DNA from: Atractiella rhizophila
Taxonomy: Eukaryota
Direction of reading: 5' to 3'
Length of the DNA: 64,000 bases
NCBI GenBank assembly: GCA_021432655.1
Contig: MU271187.1
Coordinates: forward strand, 152,217 to 216,216
The notes below the pieces were generated by a model. That model was not told the origin of the DNA and made no database searches. It worked only from the letters and a program-made list of their open reading frames with translations. This document shows, piece by piece, positions 62,757-64,000 of this stretch. Within the stretch, counting starts at the first letter, position 1. Every line of letters begins with the position of its first letter. The position numbers and the translations under genes are program-made.

Positions 62757-63125
62757 ATGTTATACAGATCTATCCTGCTCATTGCGCTCAGCCTTCTGGC
62801 TGTAGCTGCTCCAACTGTAAGTGATTTCCTTCAATAGGGCAAGACCACAACTCAATCGGCTGTGCAGCCCGAAAGCGAGCCCTCACTTGAGGAACTATTG
62901 AAAAGGTCACCACAGCTGAATCATGATGTGCTCCGCTCTGTACGACTTCTTCTACTTCTCATTGGCATTGACCTCACTCTTGTGGTAGTGCGAGCAAGCA
63001 TGCAGCAGTAACCCTCCACCTGTGGGCTACAATTATGTCTCAGTAAGCAGTCTCAAGAGTAGACAGCTAGGTCTTACGGATTGAGATAGTGTTTCTTTGA
63101 GTGTGCGCAAAAAGGAGGTATTTGA
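62757..63125 (+). CDS. Small secreted cysteine-rich prepropeptide (about 73 aa, 4 exons)
   Basis: Exons 62757-62816, 62868-62939, 62989-63042, 63090-63125, all phase 0 with GT..AG introns of 47-51 nt; MLYRSILLIALSLLAVAAPT PESEPSLEELLKR SPQLNHDVLRS CEQACSSNPPPVGYNYVS CFFECAQKGGI*. Confidence 0.85.
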
Positions 63126-63890
63126 TTCATAGATCTTTGATGCGCGCTTGAATGCATCATATTAAGGCTACCATTTGTAACCAGGTATATCAAAGTGAGC
63201 CTGAAATCTGCAGCACTCGGCTAGGCCGTATAACGACGTCCCAGATTAGTTCACCTGGAGATTTAGAATGGCATCAAAGACACCAGAAGGAAGGACGAGG
63301 AAACGGGCTCTCTACAAGAATTTATCACTGCATGCCTGTTCGATCCTTTTTTTCCCCACAAAACTTCAGCACTAAGAAGTAATACCCATTACTGTACGCT
63401 GAATGCTGTATGCATAGGATAGAGCCCTGCAGCCATTAGGAGGCAGAGCAGAAAGCAATTGTGCCCCCAATTTACTGACAAAAGAGCTTGCAAAGATCAG
63501 AGACTAACCAGCACCGTGACACCTATCCTTGGAATTGCCTCCATCTCGAGCAATTGGAGCAATCGTTAGCGCACTACAAAATCTGTGGCATTTACAGTTT
63601 CGATGTGATTGCGATATGTCCTGTCGTGATGGTCATCGGTAGGGTTAGGGTCCCAGCTTGTTTCACCTCCATCCGCCCCAAGACAGCGCCTACATTTTCC
63701 TACTTCAGTCTTTCTTTTCTCATCCAATCCTTTCTCGGCTTTCGACCTCGACTCTCTGAGGCTTTCACTCCCTTTCGCCGAAAAAATCGAGAAAAAAACG
63801 TCGACTTTGGTCGATCCGCGATATAGCCCGCAATTTTCACACCAATCCGCTAACCAACGACACGATCCCCTATTTTCTCTTTCTGCAACG

Positions 63891-64000
63891 ATGGAGCACA
63901 ACAGACATCTGAAGTCTCATCAGAGGATCAAGCGTCAAAGGTTGGGAGTCCCTACTACGGGTGATCCAACGACGACCCCAGCCGAAACGACTAAAGGTCC
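63891..64000 (+). CDS. Possible 5' end of a gene running off the window
   Basis: ATG after a pyrimidine-rich leader, frame open to the end (MEHNRHLKSHQRIKRQRLG...). Confidence 0.3.
   Translation, partial: MEHNRHLKSHQRIKRQRLGVPTTGDPTTTPAETTKG

Noticed and set aside
63640..63651. AGGGTTAGGG telomere-like motif
   Set aside because: Fewer than two full units; expected by chance
1..64000. CRISPR arrays, tRNA, rRNA, prokaryotic operons
   Set aside because: No repeat-spacer structure or RNA-gene signatures; the sequence is spliceosomal-intron fungal DNA

Overview
Eukaryotic, intron-rich fungal DNA, most likely a basidiomycete (GT..AG introns of about 37-130 nt, Wss1/Doa1/Irc3/Pcl-type genes). About 24 genes are supportable. 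Recognisable ones: a WLM (Wss1-type) metalloprotease, an SDR-like/GT47 exostosin glycosyltransferase, DOA1, fructose-1,6-bisphosphatase, a 4-finger C2H2 factor, AP-2 mu, three F-box/LRR genes, a 2H cyclic phosphodiesterase, an NRAMP transporter, an AAA ATPase, a Pcl-type cyclin, SHP1/p47 and an Irc3-like helicase. Most unusual: (1) a head-to-tail 2486-bp duplication of an intronless gene fusing a copia-Gag (UBN2/capsid-CTD-like) segment to an F-box/LRR; (2) a 4-exon gene, absent from the ORF track, for a Kex2-type processed CxxxC...CxxxC (alpha-hairpinin-like) secreted peptide; (3) an in-frame chimera of the glycosyltransferase 5' end with the WLM protease at a duplication junction; (4) 600-1276 nt first introns in four otherwise compact genes. 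Family assignments are by eye from motifs, and no database search was run. No rRNA, tRNA or CRISPR was seen.
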